43,314 bases of DNA from an uncultured Terracidiphilus sp. (GTDB lineage Bacteria; Acidobacteriota; Terriglobia; Terriglobales; Acidobacteriaceae), in the NCBI GenBank assembly GCA_964486495.1, contig CAZANC010000001.1:1-43314 (forward strand), read 5' to 3'. A model generated the notes under the pieces. It worked only from the letters and a program-made list of their open reading frames with translations, was not told where the DNA came from and did not search any database. Position numbers and translations under genes: made by a program. This document shows positions 1 through 9,015 of the stretch, one piece after another (position 1 is the first letter of the stretch; each line of letters starts with the position of its first letter).

Positions 1-750
1 ACGTCGAAGCTGTGGACCAACGCGACGAATGTCGTAGGCGCCTCGAGTTCTTCCGTTCTTTCAGGCACCGTCTATCACCAACCGAGGTTTGGCGCCGTGT
101 CCCAAACGGATCCGCTGGTTTACACGGCGGCGTGCGCAACGCTTTCCGCCAGTTGCGTGAATGGGACGGCGTACGGCATCTCGCCGCCCAGTTTCTCCTC
201 CTGCACCTACACCAGCCACACATGGACGAGTGGAAGCACATTTACTCTCTCCCCCGGTACCTACTGCAGCAGCTTCAATTTCACGAGCTCGACCGTGACT
301 TTGAGTCCGGGTCTCTACATCATCACCGGCGGGGGAACCTGGACGAATTCCAAGGTCTCGGGCAGCGGAGTCACTTTGTACTTCACGCAGAAGGGCGACG
401 GGAACTACGGGCAGTTTAAGGTAACGAATACGCAGATGACGCTTTCGGCTCCCACGGTTTCGTCGGGCGGAAGCATTCCGACGATCCTGTTGATGAACAA
501 CCCGAGCTGGGTTAAGACGGCGGCGCAGGATTTCCAGTTCCTGAGCAGCAGTACCAACTCCGGGGACGGAATCCTCTACACAGTTGGAACCGGAATAGAG
601 TTTTCGTCGAGCCCGTTCACCGCGACACATTATCTCTGCTTCGACGTGGACAACCTGCTGCTGGTTTCTACGGCGATCAAGCCCCTGAGTAACTTCACCA
701 CGGTGGCCACCGGGGATCCATTTACGCCCATGGGGGGAATCGTGCAATGA
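1..750 (+). CDS. 5'-truncated TadG-like Flp/Tad pilus-associated protein (C-terminal Ser/Thr/Gly-rich beta domain)
   Basis: Frame 1 is open from base 1 (TSKLWTNATNVV...). It contains repeated 'LSPGTY/LSPGLY...GVTLYF' motifs typical of TadG-like C-termini, and its stop overlaps the ATG of the next TadE gene (ATGA). Confidence 0.7.
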   Translation, partial: TSKLWTNATNVVGASSSSVLSGTVYHQPRFGAVSQTDPLVYTAACATLSASCVNGTAYGISPPSFSSCTYTSHTWTSGSTFTLSPGTYCSSFNFTSSTVTLSPGLYIITGGGTWTNSKVSGSGVTLYFTQKGDGNYGQFKVTNTQMTLSAPTVSSGGSIPTILLMNNPSWVKTAAQDFQFLSSSTNSGDGILYTVGTGIEFSSSPFTATHYLCFDVDNLLLVSTAIKPLSNFTTVATGDPFTPMGGIVQ

Positions 751-1196
751 AGCGATTCCGGAGTTGTGAGAACGGCCAGGCACTGGTCGAATTTGCGTTG
801 TTCATGCCCCTGTTCCTGATAATTTTAGTTGGAGCCGTCGATGTGTCCTTCTTCTTGGTCGAGGTGATGGCGACACAGGAAGCCGCGACCGAAGGGGCGG
901 ATTACGGCGCAGCCCCCGGCAACCAAAACGATGTTTCGGGGATGGAGCAATGGGCAGCCTATGCGGCGTCCTACGGGGTGACTCTCAGCGGGACACCGGC
1001 GGCGACGACGTTCTATACGTGCACGCCGGGCGGGGCTCACGTAAGCGCATCCACTTCCTGCTCGAGCGGCTTTGGGCCGATGGAATACGTGCAGGTGACG
1101 GCATCCACGACCCTGAATCCGATCCTGGCCTCCCGGGCCCTGAGAAGCCAATCTTATACCGCGACAGTAACCTACAGAGTGGCATGGCAACAATGA
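747..1196 (+). CDS. TadE/TadG-family pseudopilin
   Basis: N-terminal prepilin motif GQALVEFALFMPLFLIILVGAVD followed by 'AATEGADYG'. Confidence 0.9.
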   Translation: MKRFRSCENGQALVEFALFMPLFLIILVGAVDVSFFLVEVMATQEAATEGADYGAAPGNQNDVSGMEQWAAYAASYGVTLSGTPAATTFYTCTPGGAHVSASTSCSSGFGPMEYVQVTASTTLNPILASRALRSQSYTATVTYRVAWQQ

Positions 1197-1690
1197 CAAT
1201 GACCGGCGGTTGGGACGAAATGCGTGCGGTTTGGAGGATGGGGCGGCGACGTGCCCTCCTCCGGGCAAGGCAGGGGGCGAAGAACCAAAACGGCTCCATG
1301 CTGGTAGAGACGGCCTTTGTTCTCCCGGTGTTTCTCTTGCTGGCGTTCGGCTTTTTTTCTTTCTCGTTTGCCCTGATGGGCTACTTGAGCGCAACCAATG
1401 CGGCTCGAATTGGGGCTCGCTATGGAGCGTTGCATAGCGTGAGCAGTGGAAGCCCAGTTACCGTCGCCCAGATTCAGGCAGTTGTGCAGGCCAACCTGTT
1501 TACCCCGGGAGCTATCGGCAATCCCGCGATTCTGGTTTACTACGGCGACCGTAACCAGGGAGTCGGAGGAAACTACACGGGCGACCTGCTTGGCGTGGGC
1601 GTAGTTTGGGGGCAGAATATCCAGATCCCGTTCCGTGGGCCGCAGACCATCTATATTACGGCGGAAGCTTACCGGATCATCACGCGATAG
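1193..1690 (+). CDS. TadE-family pseudopilin
   Basis: GSMLVETAFVLPVFLLL...AARIGARYG motif. Start moved from 950 to the ATG at 1193, which overlaps the upstream stop (ATGA). Confidence 0.88.
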   Translation: MTMTGGWDEMRAVWRMGRRRALLRARQGAKNQNGSMLVETAFVLPVFLLLAFGFFSFSFALMGYLSATNAARIGARYGALHSVSSGSPVTVAQIQAVVQANLFTPGAIGNPAILVYYGDRNQGVGGNYTGDLLGVGVVWGQNIQIPFRGPQTIYITAEAYRIITR

Positions 1691-1913
1691 CACTGCAGGT
1701 CAGGCGACTTGGCGCGGACACTGCCGAGCGGCCGTCCAACATCTTTCCTCTTGAGCGGCGACACGCCGTTGCGCCTTCTACGGGTAAGACGACCGTTGCG
1801 GATATGGAAATGATCCTTGACTGAGGTCCATTCCGTGCAGTCGTCACATTCCTGTCACACAACAAGTTGTTGGATTACGTTCGGGATTGCATTTCAGCCG
1901 CTACGCTCGCGTG

Positions 1914-2005
1914 CTCAAGGAAAAAGGCACGCCAATGTGTGGCTCGGCTCCTCCTTAACCACGTAACCCATCGCTGACCTTGGCTGGTATGGAGCGGCTG
2001 CTTGA
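1914..2005 (+). ncRNA. Candidate structured non-coding RNA (unassigned)
   Basis: Nested pairings: TCAAG 1915-19/CTTGA 2001-05, GCC 1931-33/GGC 1941-43, GCTCC 1947-51/GGAGC 1991-95, ACC 1958-60/GGT 1986-88. A -10-like TACGCT lies at 1902. No convincing ORF here. Confidence 0.35.
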
Positions 2006-2123
2006 CAGTACCTAGCAGTCTTAGCGGTGACAGCCGATTGAAAACCCTCAACTCATAGAAATCGGAGGAAAGTCGCCGCTCTTCGTCGTGCATCGGCGAC
2101 CGAGTAATTGACAACATTGCAGA

Positions 2124-2188
2124 TGACAATCAACTTACAATGATCAGACCTTCCTGAGACATACTGAAAACCGCGCGCAGAGTACGTT
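2124..2188 (+). promoter_or_regulatory. 11-bp-period repeat array plus -10 (island promoter 1)
   Basis: TGACA 2124, TTACA 2135, AGACC 2146, AGACA 2157; TACGTT at 2183. Confidence 0.75.
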
Positions 2189-2194
2189 GCTGTT

Positions 2195-3262
2195 ATGGGA
2201 AATGGAGATTTGCGTTCTCGGGGAAATTGTTTGGCGCGGCTGGCGGTATTCTTCGTAACGGCTGGAGCCGCTGTTGGTGCGGTGCACATCGCGGCTGCCC
2301 AGGACACGCCGTTGCTCTCGGGCGGTGTCGGATTCTTCACCAGCACCAACGCTGGAAGCACGTCGTATCAACCGCACATCGAACCGCTGATTGCTGCGCC
2401 GATTGGCAACTCGCTGCTGGTGGAAGGACGCGGCATTCTGCTCGAAGAGTTTTCACCCAATGGAGCGGGCGAGACCGGTTACAGCCACAGCCACTTCGCG
2501 AGCCTCCTGTACCTGCAAGGCGATTATCTGGCCACAAGCCATCTGACCGTCGTTGCCGGCAGCTATTTGATTCCCTTTAACACCTACAACGACCGGTTGT
2601 CGGAGATCTGGATCGAGAACCTGCAGGACGGGCCGCTCACAGCGGGCATTGGAACGATGGGTACCGGAACCGGTGTTGGCGGCATGCTGAGTGGATCGGC
2701 TGCTTCTTCCGACAAGTATTCGCTTGGCTATAACGCGTGGTTCTCCGCGAGCAGCGGGAACATGTATTTCAATTCCGAACGATCGTCAGGCGGGCGCGGA
2801 AGCCTCTACCTGCCGGAAGCACGGTTGGAACTAGGCTTCTCCTACGATCGGCTGCTGCAGGGCACACATGAGAATTTCTTCGGAACGCATGTGTGGTGGG
2901 AGCCAAAGGATACAGGCCTTCGCCTGCGGTCTGAGTATAGCCATGGCCAGCACGCGCAGGGTTATTGGATTGAGGCCGACTACCGCACGCACGCATTCGG
3001 TGGACCAGAGAATTGGGTCGGGCGATTCGAGCCGGTATTCCGCGTGCAGCAATCGTTTCGAATCGACGCCCTGGCAAGCGATGGCGCACCCTCACGGAAT
3101 ACGCAACGCGCTGACCTCGGCATTGACTATAACTTGCCCCACGAAATTCGCATTCTCACCAGTTACGGGAGGCAATTCTCGTTCACTCACGACGCGAACA
3201 TCGTTGAAACCGGCATTGTCTATCGCTTTCTGTTTCCTACATGGAAGGGAAAGGTCAACTGA
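2195..3262 (+). CDS. Putative outer-membrane beta-barrel/porin-like protein
   Basis: Signal-peptide-like N-terminus (..AVHIAAAQD), alternating amphipathic beta strands, and an aromatic-rich last strand (ETGIVYRFLFP). Family not recognised. Confidence 0.65.
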   Translation: MGNGDLRSRGNCLARLAVFFVTAGAAVGAVHIAAAQDTPLLSGGVGFFTSTNAGSTSYQPHIEPLIAAPIGNSLLVEGRGILLEEFSPNGAGETGYSHSHFASLLYLQGDYLATSHLTVVAGSYLIPFNTYNDRLSEIWIENLQDGPLTAGIGTMGTGTGVGGMLSGSAASSDKYSLGYNAWFSASSGNMYFNSERSSGGRGSLYLPEARLELGFSYDRLLQGTHENFFGTHVWWEPKDTGLRLRSEYSHGQHAQGYWIEADYRTHAFGGPENWVGRFEPVFRVQQSFRIDALASDGAPSRNTQRADLGIDYNLPHEIRILTSYGRQFSFTHDANIVETGIVYRFLFPTWKGKVN

Positions 3263-3316
3263 GCTGCTTCGTCCGCGGGTGGACAGTGTTGGCATCGGTG
3301 GCTTCGCCGTTGCGGC

Positions 3317-5464
3317 TCACGGAATGACTCTTCGCCGCGCGATTGCAATGAACCACAGGCTCCGCCCGCAGTCGGTACTGTAGAGCAAAGTCTTCGAATC
3401 GCTCATCCACGAGGGTTGAACCTCGTTGCACTGAACGTCGACGATGCGACGCGTAGCGCCAGTCTTCTCATCTCGAATCCAGAGATTCCAGACTCCCTTT
3501 TCCATGCGGCTGTACGCGAGCCACGCGCCATTAGGGGAAAGAGCCGGGAAGCGGGCTTCGCCAAGGGCGAGCGGGGCGTTGCTCTGCTTCGCATCAGTCA
3601 AGTAGATCTGCGGTTGCTCGCCGGGATTTGCGGCCGCGAATGCGTAGCTTGACACCGAGAGAAAAGATGCTTCGTAGACGTTGAGCGACGGCGGCGTGAG
3701 GGCGCGATCGGCCGTACCACCGGCATTGAGCTGCTCGCGCAGCAAAAGCTGGCCGCGGCCACGATCATCGCGAATGAAGGCAACGCTCTTGCCGTCTGCG
3801 GAGAACATGGGGTCTCGCGCGTCGTAGATGATGGAACCCCTTGGGTCTACTGCATCGACGATCACCGATTGCGCGGTCCGCCCTCGTTCTACGAGCAGCC
3901 GCCCGGAACCATACGTATACGACAAGTCGTCGTCATCGGAATCTTCTGCTGGATCGGAACGGGCCGCGGCGGGATCATTTGTGATCAGGTGATAGCCACT
4001 GAGCGTGAAGGCAATGTACCGCACTCCGTCGCCTGCCTGTTGCGCTTGTGCATTCAGGTATCCCTGCGGTTCGACCGCGAGCCGGTATGCAAATTCTTTG
4101 CGCATGGCCGCTTCGCGCACCCACGTCGAATGGATATTCGCTGCAACAGCAATGATCATGATTGCGGCCCAGGCATAGTTGGCCCAATCGCGTTCGCGTT
4201 TTTCGGTTCGCCGCTCCTTCCACAGCAGCAAATAGATTCCGGCGAGCACCGCAATCATCAGCGGCAGGCGAGGCGTGTAGAGGAAAATGCCAAGCCCGCT
4301 TGTATGAGCCGGAGCGGGCGTGGGAAACGAGATGCCAATATATGCAACCACCAGCGCGGCCAGCCAGGCGTACCGTCGCGTCTGCAGCAAAATTGCGGTT
4401 AACACACACATGGGCAGCGCCATGAGCACGAAATTGTATGAAGCGGGAATGGTGGAAACAGCGAGCGATGCGGTAAGAAGCGCTGACCACTCAAGCAAAA
4501 TGCGAGCCGGCGAGTTATCGCCTCTCCTGATGAGCAGAATGGCCGGCGCGAGCACAAGCATCGATACCAACGGAAATAGAATGGCGAACGATGCAATCGA
4601 ATTGTGCCAGGGGAGAGGATTCCACTGCGGTTCTGCGAGAAACAGAATGTGAAGAATGCCAGAGATAGACGCGTTTGTAACATACGGCGGCATGGCTTCG
4701 CCGTGGAGCGTAGCGGGGAAAATCTCGCGCAGGTATGTACGGTGCACATTCCAGCCGAAAACGGCGATTGACAGGGCGAGTGATGATGCTGCGGTGAGCG
4801 TTCCGGCAATGAGCGCGTGCCAATTACGCCGGCGGAAGAAGAAGACGAAGAAAATTAGCGGAAAGATCTTGGAAGCGGCGGCGACGGCCACCACTGCCCC
4901 GGCCAGAGAGTGACGCCCGCGCAGAGTTGCCGAACATGCGGCGACGATCATCAATAAAAGGAGAACGTAGAACTGCCCAAACTCGATGTTGCGATAAAGT
5001 GGAAAGTTCAGCGCGAAGATCAGAGCAATATGCCGGTAACTCAGCCCGGTCATCGAGCGAAGAATGAAGCTGATCGGGAATAGGAGCGCCAGGCTCAGAA
5101 CAATCCACACTCGCTTCGCGGTGAGGGCTTTGAGCCCAGCGAGCGGCCATACAAAGAGAGTAGAGAATGGCGTGATCGGCACAAGGCCGATCACGCGGAT
5201 GGGAATTGTGCGATGGTCCTTTTCGCGTTCAAGCCACTCCCACTCGTACATGCGCGACGCGTCAACGCCCTCATGAGCGAGCTGCGCGGCGATGTAGTAG
5301 TTGGGAAAATCAGTAACAAGACTCTCGAACGCGCGCGGCAAGGAGTGAACGCAAAAGTAAAGGATCAGCACGCACAGCGCGGCGCGTTCAAACCTGCGTG
5401 CTGCCTGGCTTCGCACCAGATCAAAGACGACCTCTGGCTTTCGCAATTGGGGAGCGGTTGTCAA
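3317..5464 (-). CDS. GT87/DUF2029 (GT-C) glycosyltransferase fused to a C-terminal TolB-like (PD40) beta-propeller
   Basis: TDFPNYY acidic loop, ~11 TM segments with 'GQF' and 'SKIFP' motifs, and C-terminal repeats PMFSADGKSVAF, PALSPNGAWLAY, QPSWMSDSKTLLY. Confidence 0.82.
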   Translation of the reverse strand: MTTAPQLRKPEVVFDLVRSQAARRFERAALCVLILYFCVHSLPRAFESLVTDFPNYYIAAQLAHEGVDASRMYEWEWLEREKDHRTIPIRVIGLVPITPFSTLFVWPLAGLKALTAKRVWIVLSLALLFPISFILRSMTGLSYRHIALIFALNFPLYRNIEFGQFYVLLLLMIVAACSATLRGRHSLAGAVVAVAAASKIFPLIFFVFFFRRRNWHALIAGTLTAASSLALSIAVFGWNVHRTYLREIFPATLHGEAMPPYVTNASISGILHILFLAEPQWNPLPWHNSIASFAILFPLVSMLVLAPAILLIRRGDNSPARILLEWSALLTASLAVSTIPASYNFVLMALPMCVLTAILLQTRRYAWLAALVVAYIGISFPTPAPAHTSGLGIFLYTPRLPLMIAVLAGIYLLLWKERRTEKRERDWANYAWAAIMIIAVAANIHSTWVREAAMRKEFAYRLAVEPQGYLNAQAQQAGDGVRYIAFTLSGYHLITNDPAAARSDPAEDSDDDDLSYTYGSGRLLVERGRTAQSVIVDAVDPRGSIIYDARDPMFSADGKSVAFIRDDRGRGQLLLREQLNAGGTADRALTPPSLNVYEASFLSVSSYAFAAANPGEQPQIYLTDAKQSNAPLALGEARFPALSPNGAWLAYSRMEKGVWNLWIRDEKTGATRRIVDVQCNEVQPSWMSDSKTLLYSTDCGRSLWFIAIARRRVIP

Positions 5465-5482
5465 CGGCTTTTCACCTGGCAG

Positions 5483-5839
5483 TCATTCAATGGTCGTGCC
5501 GGCGACCGCGATTTTACGGCTGGCAGCCGTTGGTGCGAGCTCTCGCGAAGCCTCTCGCCGCTCTGCGACTTTCTGGTAATCCATCTCAGTGTTGATAGCC
5601 CAGATGTTGTCCTTGGCCGTAAGACCATTCACGATGTTTTCGACAGCGATCATTGCAGTCAGCATGGAGTGATCCTGATTGTTGTATTTGTGCATGCCGT
5701 TGCGGCCAATCATGAAGAAATTGGCGAAGCTGTCGGCGTAATTGCGGACGACGTCGAAGCGGTCATAGTTTCCGGAGTAAGCGGGGTGGGACTTGGGAAC
5801 GCGGACAACGGCTCTTTTAATTCGCTCGAGGTCAAGCAT
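5483..5839 (-). pseudogene. C-terminal fragment (118 aa) of an NAD(P)/FAD-dependent oxidoreductase (protoporphyrinogen oxidase/UDP-galactopyranose mutase-like family)
   Basis: RVPKSHPAY...GRNGMHKYNNQDHSMLTAM...NIWAINTE is the family's C-terminal signature. There is no N-terminal GxGxxG domain. The ATG at 5839 overlaps the ABC gene stop. Confidence 0.7.
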
Positions 5840-7568
5840 GCTCAAGCGTCCTAGCAACGAATTCATCGATCGCCGGTGCGGCTGACCGGCGCTCTTCAAG
5901 CAACCGTCCACGCTCCAGCCGGTAAACGTGATGTGCCCAACGGTGCATATGCCGGCGATGCGTAACCAGAAGAATGGCCGCGCCGGTTGCCGCAAGATTG
6001 TTAAGGATCTGGCGTTCATTCTCCTCGTCGAGCGCCGAGGTGGCCTCATCAAGAAGCAAAAGCTTGCTGCCGCGCAGGGCAGCCCGGGCCACGCCAAAAC
6101 GCTGCCGCTCGCCTCCAGAGAACAATGCTCCGTTGTCCCCGACCCCGGAGTCGAGACCGCGCGGCAACGCTCGAACGAATTCGTCGAGACGGGCAACTGC
6201 AAGAGCTTTCATCAACTTTCCATCGTCAGCTCGCGCCAAGCCGAAAAGCAGATTGTTACGAATGGTGTCGTCGAGCAGGGCGATTTCCTGGGGGACGTAG
6301 GCTAGATCGGCGCGATCGACGCGCACGGAGCCTGAAGCAGGCGGAAGTACGCCGGAGATTGTATTCAGGAGCGAGGTCTTACCAACGCCGGAGGTTCCAC
6401 ATATAATTGCGCTCTCGCCCTCGCGGAGGAGCAAGTTGAAGTTGTCCAGAATTAAAGGGCCTCCGCTAAACACAAGGGTGACCCGCTCGAGTTGCAACGC
6501 CAGACCTGGCGCCGGTTTCCCTGCTGGATGAGGAAGAGCCCGATGAAGGCGGCAGCGCTCCAGCTCTACATCGACGATACGGACGTTTTCAAAGCTGCTT
6601 TCCATTTGACCTGCGATGAGCGAGAGCTGACTCACAAGCGGAAGCAGGCGGCGCGACAACACGAAGTAGAACGCTAGAAGCGAGAGAAGTTGGTGCGTGT
6701 CGCCCCGTTGCAACTGAACGGCAACGATGAGGCCGAGGAACAGCAGAACTGTGCCCTGGTCGGCGATGATGCGCGCGGCTTGCGGAAGAAATACGGCAAC
6801 GCGGCTACCGACTGCGAATTTCCCTGCGTCGCGGCAAATCCTGTCATAAAAGAAATCCTGATTGCCATATGTGCGGGTCTCTTTGCCCGATGAGAACAGA
6901 CCCGAGAGATCCCGCTGAAGCTGGCCGAGCGACTTTTCACGCATCGAGGCTGCTTGGTAGACGCGTTTGCGAACGATGAGGCGATGAATGCAGTAGACAG
7001 TGCCGAGCGCGGCAGCGAAGCAGGCGGCCGCGGCTGGACTCTGATAGACAAAAGCGACAGCCATCGCAATCACGATTACCGCGCCGGAGATCATTTCAAC
7101 GCAGCGATGGTAGAAGTCGGCTGCTTCGCGCGTTGTGTGAACTGTGATGTTTGTGAGTTCGCTGCGGTTCAGCTCAGTGAAACAGGTCCACTGCATCTCA
7201 CAGTAGCCGCGGGTCAAGCGAATCATAAAATCGGTGGCAAGATTCTGGATCTGACGAAAAACTGCATGCGCTGAATAGATGTCGACCAAAACGCGGACAA
7301 CGACGAGGAGCCCGGCGGCCGCGGCAACGGCAAGAATGCTGTTTGGCAGCCACGGGTTCCGATGCGCCGACACCTGGCTTTGAAGCAACAGGAAGAGAAG
7401 ATACATTGCGGCGGCCAGCGCGAGATCGAAGAGGCCGACCAAAATGCGTGCGGTCGTGAGAAGGGCAAGCCGAAGACGTTGTGCTGGCGTGAGAAGCGCG
7501 ATAGCAACGCGCGCCCTCGTACCCGCGGTCGAGTGAGCGCGGGGCTTTTCGCTTTCGTGTCTACGCAT
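5832..7568 (-). CDS. ABC exporter, fused permease/ATPase (type IV)
   Basis: N-terminal TM domain; Walker A GTSGVGKT, signature FSGGERQR, Walker B LLLLDEATSALD, H-loop VTHR. Confidence 0.93.
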   Translation of the reverse strand: MRRHESEKPRAHSTAGTRARVAIALLTPAQRLRLALLTTARILVGLFDLALAAAMYLLFLLLQSQVSAHRNPWLPNSILAVAAAAGLLVVVRVLVDIYSAHAVFRQIQNLATDFMIRLTRGYCEMQWTCFTELNRSELTNITVHTTREAADFYHRCVEMISGAVIVIAMAVAFVYQSPAAAACFAAALGTVYCIHRLIVRKRVYQAASMREKSLGQLQRDLSGLFSSGKETRTYGNQDFFYDRICRDAGKFAVGSRVAVFLPQAARIIADQGTVLLFLGLIVAVQLQRGDTHQLLSLLAFYFVLSRRLLPLVSQLSLIAGQMESSFENVRIVDVELERCRLHRALPHPAGKPAPGLALQLERVTLVFSGGPLILDNFNLLLREGESAIICGTSGVGKTSLLNTISGVLPPASGSVRVDRADLAYVPQEIALLDDTIRNNLLFGLARADDGKLMKALAVARLDEFVRALPRGLDSGVGDNGALFSGGERQRFGVARAALRGSKLLLLDEATSALDEENERQILNNLAATGAAILLVTHRRHMHRWAHHVYRLERGRLLEERRSAAPAIDEFVARTLEHA

Positions 7569-7592
7569 TGGCGCCTCGCCCCTCTCGCTTTC

Positions 7593-7657
7593 AGACTACG
7601 TATGCGCGAGTTGCGGAGTTGTCAGATATGGGTCGTTCCATTGTCAGGGAATTGTCA
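7593..7657 (-). promoter_or_regulatory. 11-bp-period repeat array plus -10 for the ABC operon
   Basis: Plus strand TGTCA 7620, GGTCG 7631, TGTCA 7642, TGTCA 7653 (TGACA-like on the sense strand); -10 TAGTCT at 7598-7593. Confidence 0.78.
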
Positions 7658-7705
7658 TCACGGATTGCGCGCGCTCTGCGGGGCCGGACCCGAACCGGAT
7701 TAGCA

Positions 7706-7769
7706 CGACAATCGGATGACAACCTTAAGACGCTCTCGTGACACGTTGCGGCAGAAGGGCCGCTAGCCT
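7706..7769 (+). promoter_or_regulatory. 11-bp-period repeat array plus -10 for the cytochrome operon
   Basis: CGACA 7706, TGACA 7717, AGACG 7728, TGACA 7739; TAGCCT at 7764. Confidence 0.78.
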
Positions 7770-7787
7770 CTCCAATGAGGAACAACG

Positions 7788-8081
7788 ATGAAGCACGTGA
7801 AAGCCTTGATGATCGGGTGCCTGGCAATCGCTGCAGCAACAGCCATTGGACAGATAAGCAGCGCCCCGCAAAAGCCCAAGCCGCAAAAAGCCTCCCAGAA
7901 GATGACGACCGGGGATCAAGAGCGCGGTCAGCAAGTATTCAAGCAGAATTGCTCTCGCTGCCATCAAGAGCCGCGGGGATTCTCTCCGTCGATCTCGGGC
8001 ACGATTGCAAAACATATGCGTGTGCGAGCCGGACTGAGCGATGAGGACTACAAGGCGCTGTTGAAGTTTCTCAACCCATGA
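7788..8081 (+). CDS. Small periplasmic monoheme cytochrome c
   Basis: Signal peptide, CSRCH heme motif, candidate distal Met (KHMRVRA), GAGG RBS. Confidence 0.88.
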   Translation: MKHVKALMIGCLAIAAATAIGQISSAPQKPKPQKASQKMTTGDQERGQQVFKQNCSRCHQEPRGFSPSISGTIAKHMRVRAGLSDEDYKALLKFLNP

Positions 8082-8141
8082 GCCGAAGATGTGAAGCGGT
8101 CGAGCATCCGCGACAAACAAATCCACACGCGAGGAGAGTTG

Positions 8142-8504
8142 ATGACGCGCAGATTTTCGTTTTTGATGATTGCGGCCGGAATAATGGCGGCTTCGCTTCC
8201 CTCCCCCACGATTCGCGCACAAGCTGCGCCTCAGCGAATTGAGATCACAGCGAAGCGTTTCGCTTTTACGCCGGGCGAAATCACCGTGAAGAAGGGCCAA
8301 CCTATCGTCCTCGTGCTCAAGAGCCTGGATGTGGGACACGGCCTCCGCATTCGCGATCTCGGCGTAGATCTGAAGGTGAAGGCCGGCGAGAGTGCGCAGG
8401 TGACGATTACGCCTCACAAGACGGGTGATTTTGTCGGTCATTGTTCCGTGTTTTGCGGATCGGGACACGGTTCGATGGTGTTCACTCTGCACGTGGTGGC
8501 CTAG
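8142..8504 (+). CDS. Soluble cupredoxin with a CuA-type site (COX subunit II periplasmic-domain-like)
   Basis: DVGHG...HCSVFCGSGHGSM CuA ligand pattern and a signal peptide; GAGGAG RBS before ATG 8142. Confidence 0.88.
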   Translation: MTRRFSFLMIAAGIMAASLPSPTIRAQAAPQRIEITAKRFAFTPGEITVKKGQPIVLVLKSLDVGHGLRIRDLGVDLKVKAGESAQVTITPHKTGDFVGHCSVFCGSGHGSMVFTLHVVA

Positions 8505-8506
8505 CG

Positions 8507-8977
8507 ATGCGGCGGCATCGTCTTGAGGTGAGTTTGCTCCTGTTCGCCGGGCTCGCCGGATGCAAGGCAAAACCTCCTGGAAAATTCGAGACGGCGACCG
8601 TGAATTTCGCCAAGCACCATGTCTTCATCGGCGACAGGAAACAAAGGAATCCGCTGCCGATGTCGCCCGAAACTCTTGCCGACGGCAAAGAGGCCTTCGG
8701 GCACTACTGTGTCGCCTGTCACGGAACGGACGGACAGAATACAGGGGTTCCGTTTGTCGACCATATCTCGCCGCCGATCCCGTCGCTCGCCTCGCCTGAG
8801 GTGCAGAGCTATTCCGACGGGCAATTGAAGTGGATTCTAGACAACGGCATCTGGCCTTCAGGAATGCCCGGCTCCAAAGGAACGCTGAGCGACGATGAGC
8901 TGTGGTCTATCGTGACGTACCTGCGGCATTTGCCACCGGCCGGCAGCCAGGGCGCTCCGGATATGTATACGCACTGA
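8507..8977 (+). CDS. Monoheme cytochrome c, probable lipoprotein
   Basis: Lipobox LAGC, CVACH heme motif, 'SDGQLKWILDNGIWPSGMP' with distal Met. Confidence 0.88.
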   Translation: MRRHRLEVSLLLFAGLAGCKAKPPGKFETATVNFAKHHVFIGDRKQRNPLPMSPETLADGKEAFGHYCVACHGTDGQNTGVPFVDHISPPIPSLASPEVQSYSDGQLKWILDNGIWPSGMPGSKGTLSDDELWSIVTYLRHLPPAGSQGAPDMYTH

Positions 8978-9015
8978 GGGCGCCGGCACTTCCCATCATC
9001 TATTCGTGAGGGCTT

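Noticed and set aside
950-1192. Long N-terminal extension of the second TadE ORF
   Set aside because: It overlaps the first TadE gene; the ATGA-coupled start at 1193 is more plausible.
1680-1865. Short minus-strand ORFs as possible RiPP precursors
   Set aside because: No lasso-type leader/core pattern, no maturation genes, and no island-type -10 at the expected offset.
5840-6202. N-terminal extension of the 239-aa ORF 5483..6202
   Set aside because: It is an alternative frame inside the ABC ATPase domain; only the part from 5839 resembles a protein family.
7725-8570. 281-aa minus-strand ORF
   Set aside because: Antisense to three well-supported cytochrome/cupredoxin genes.
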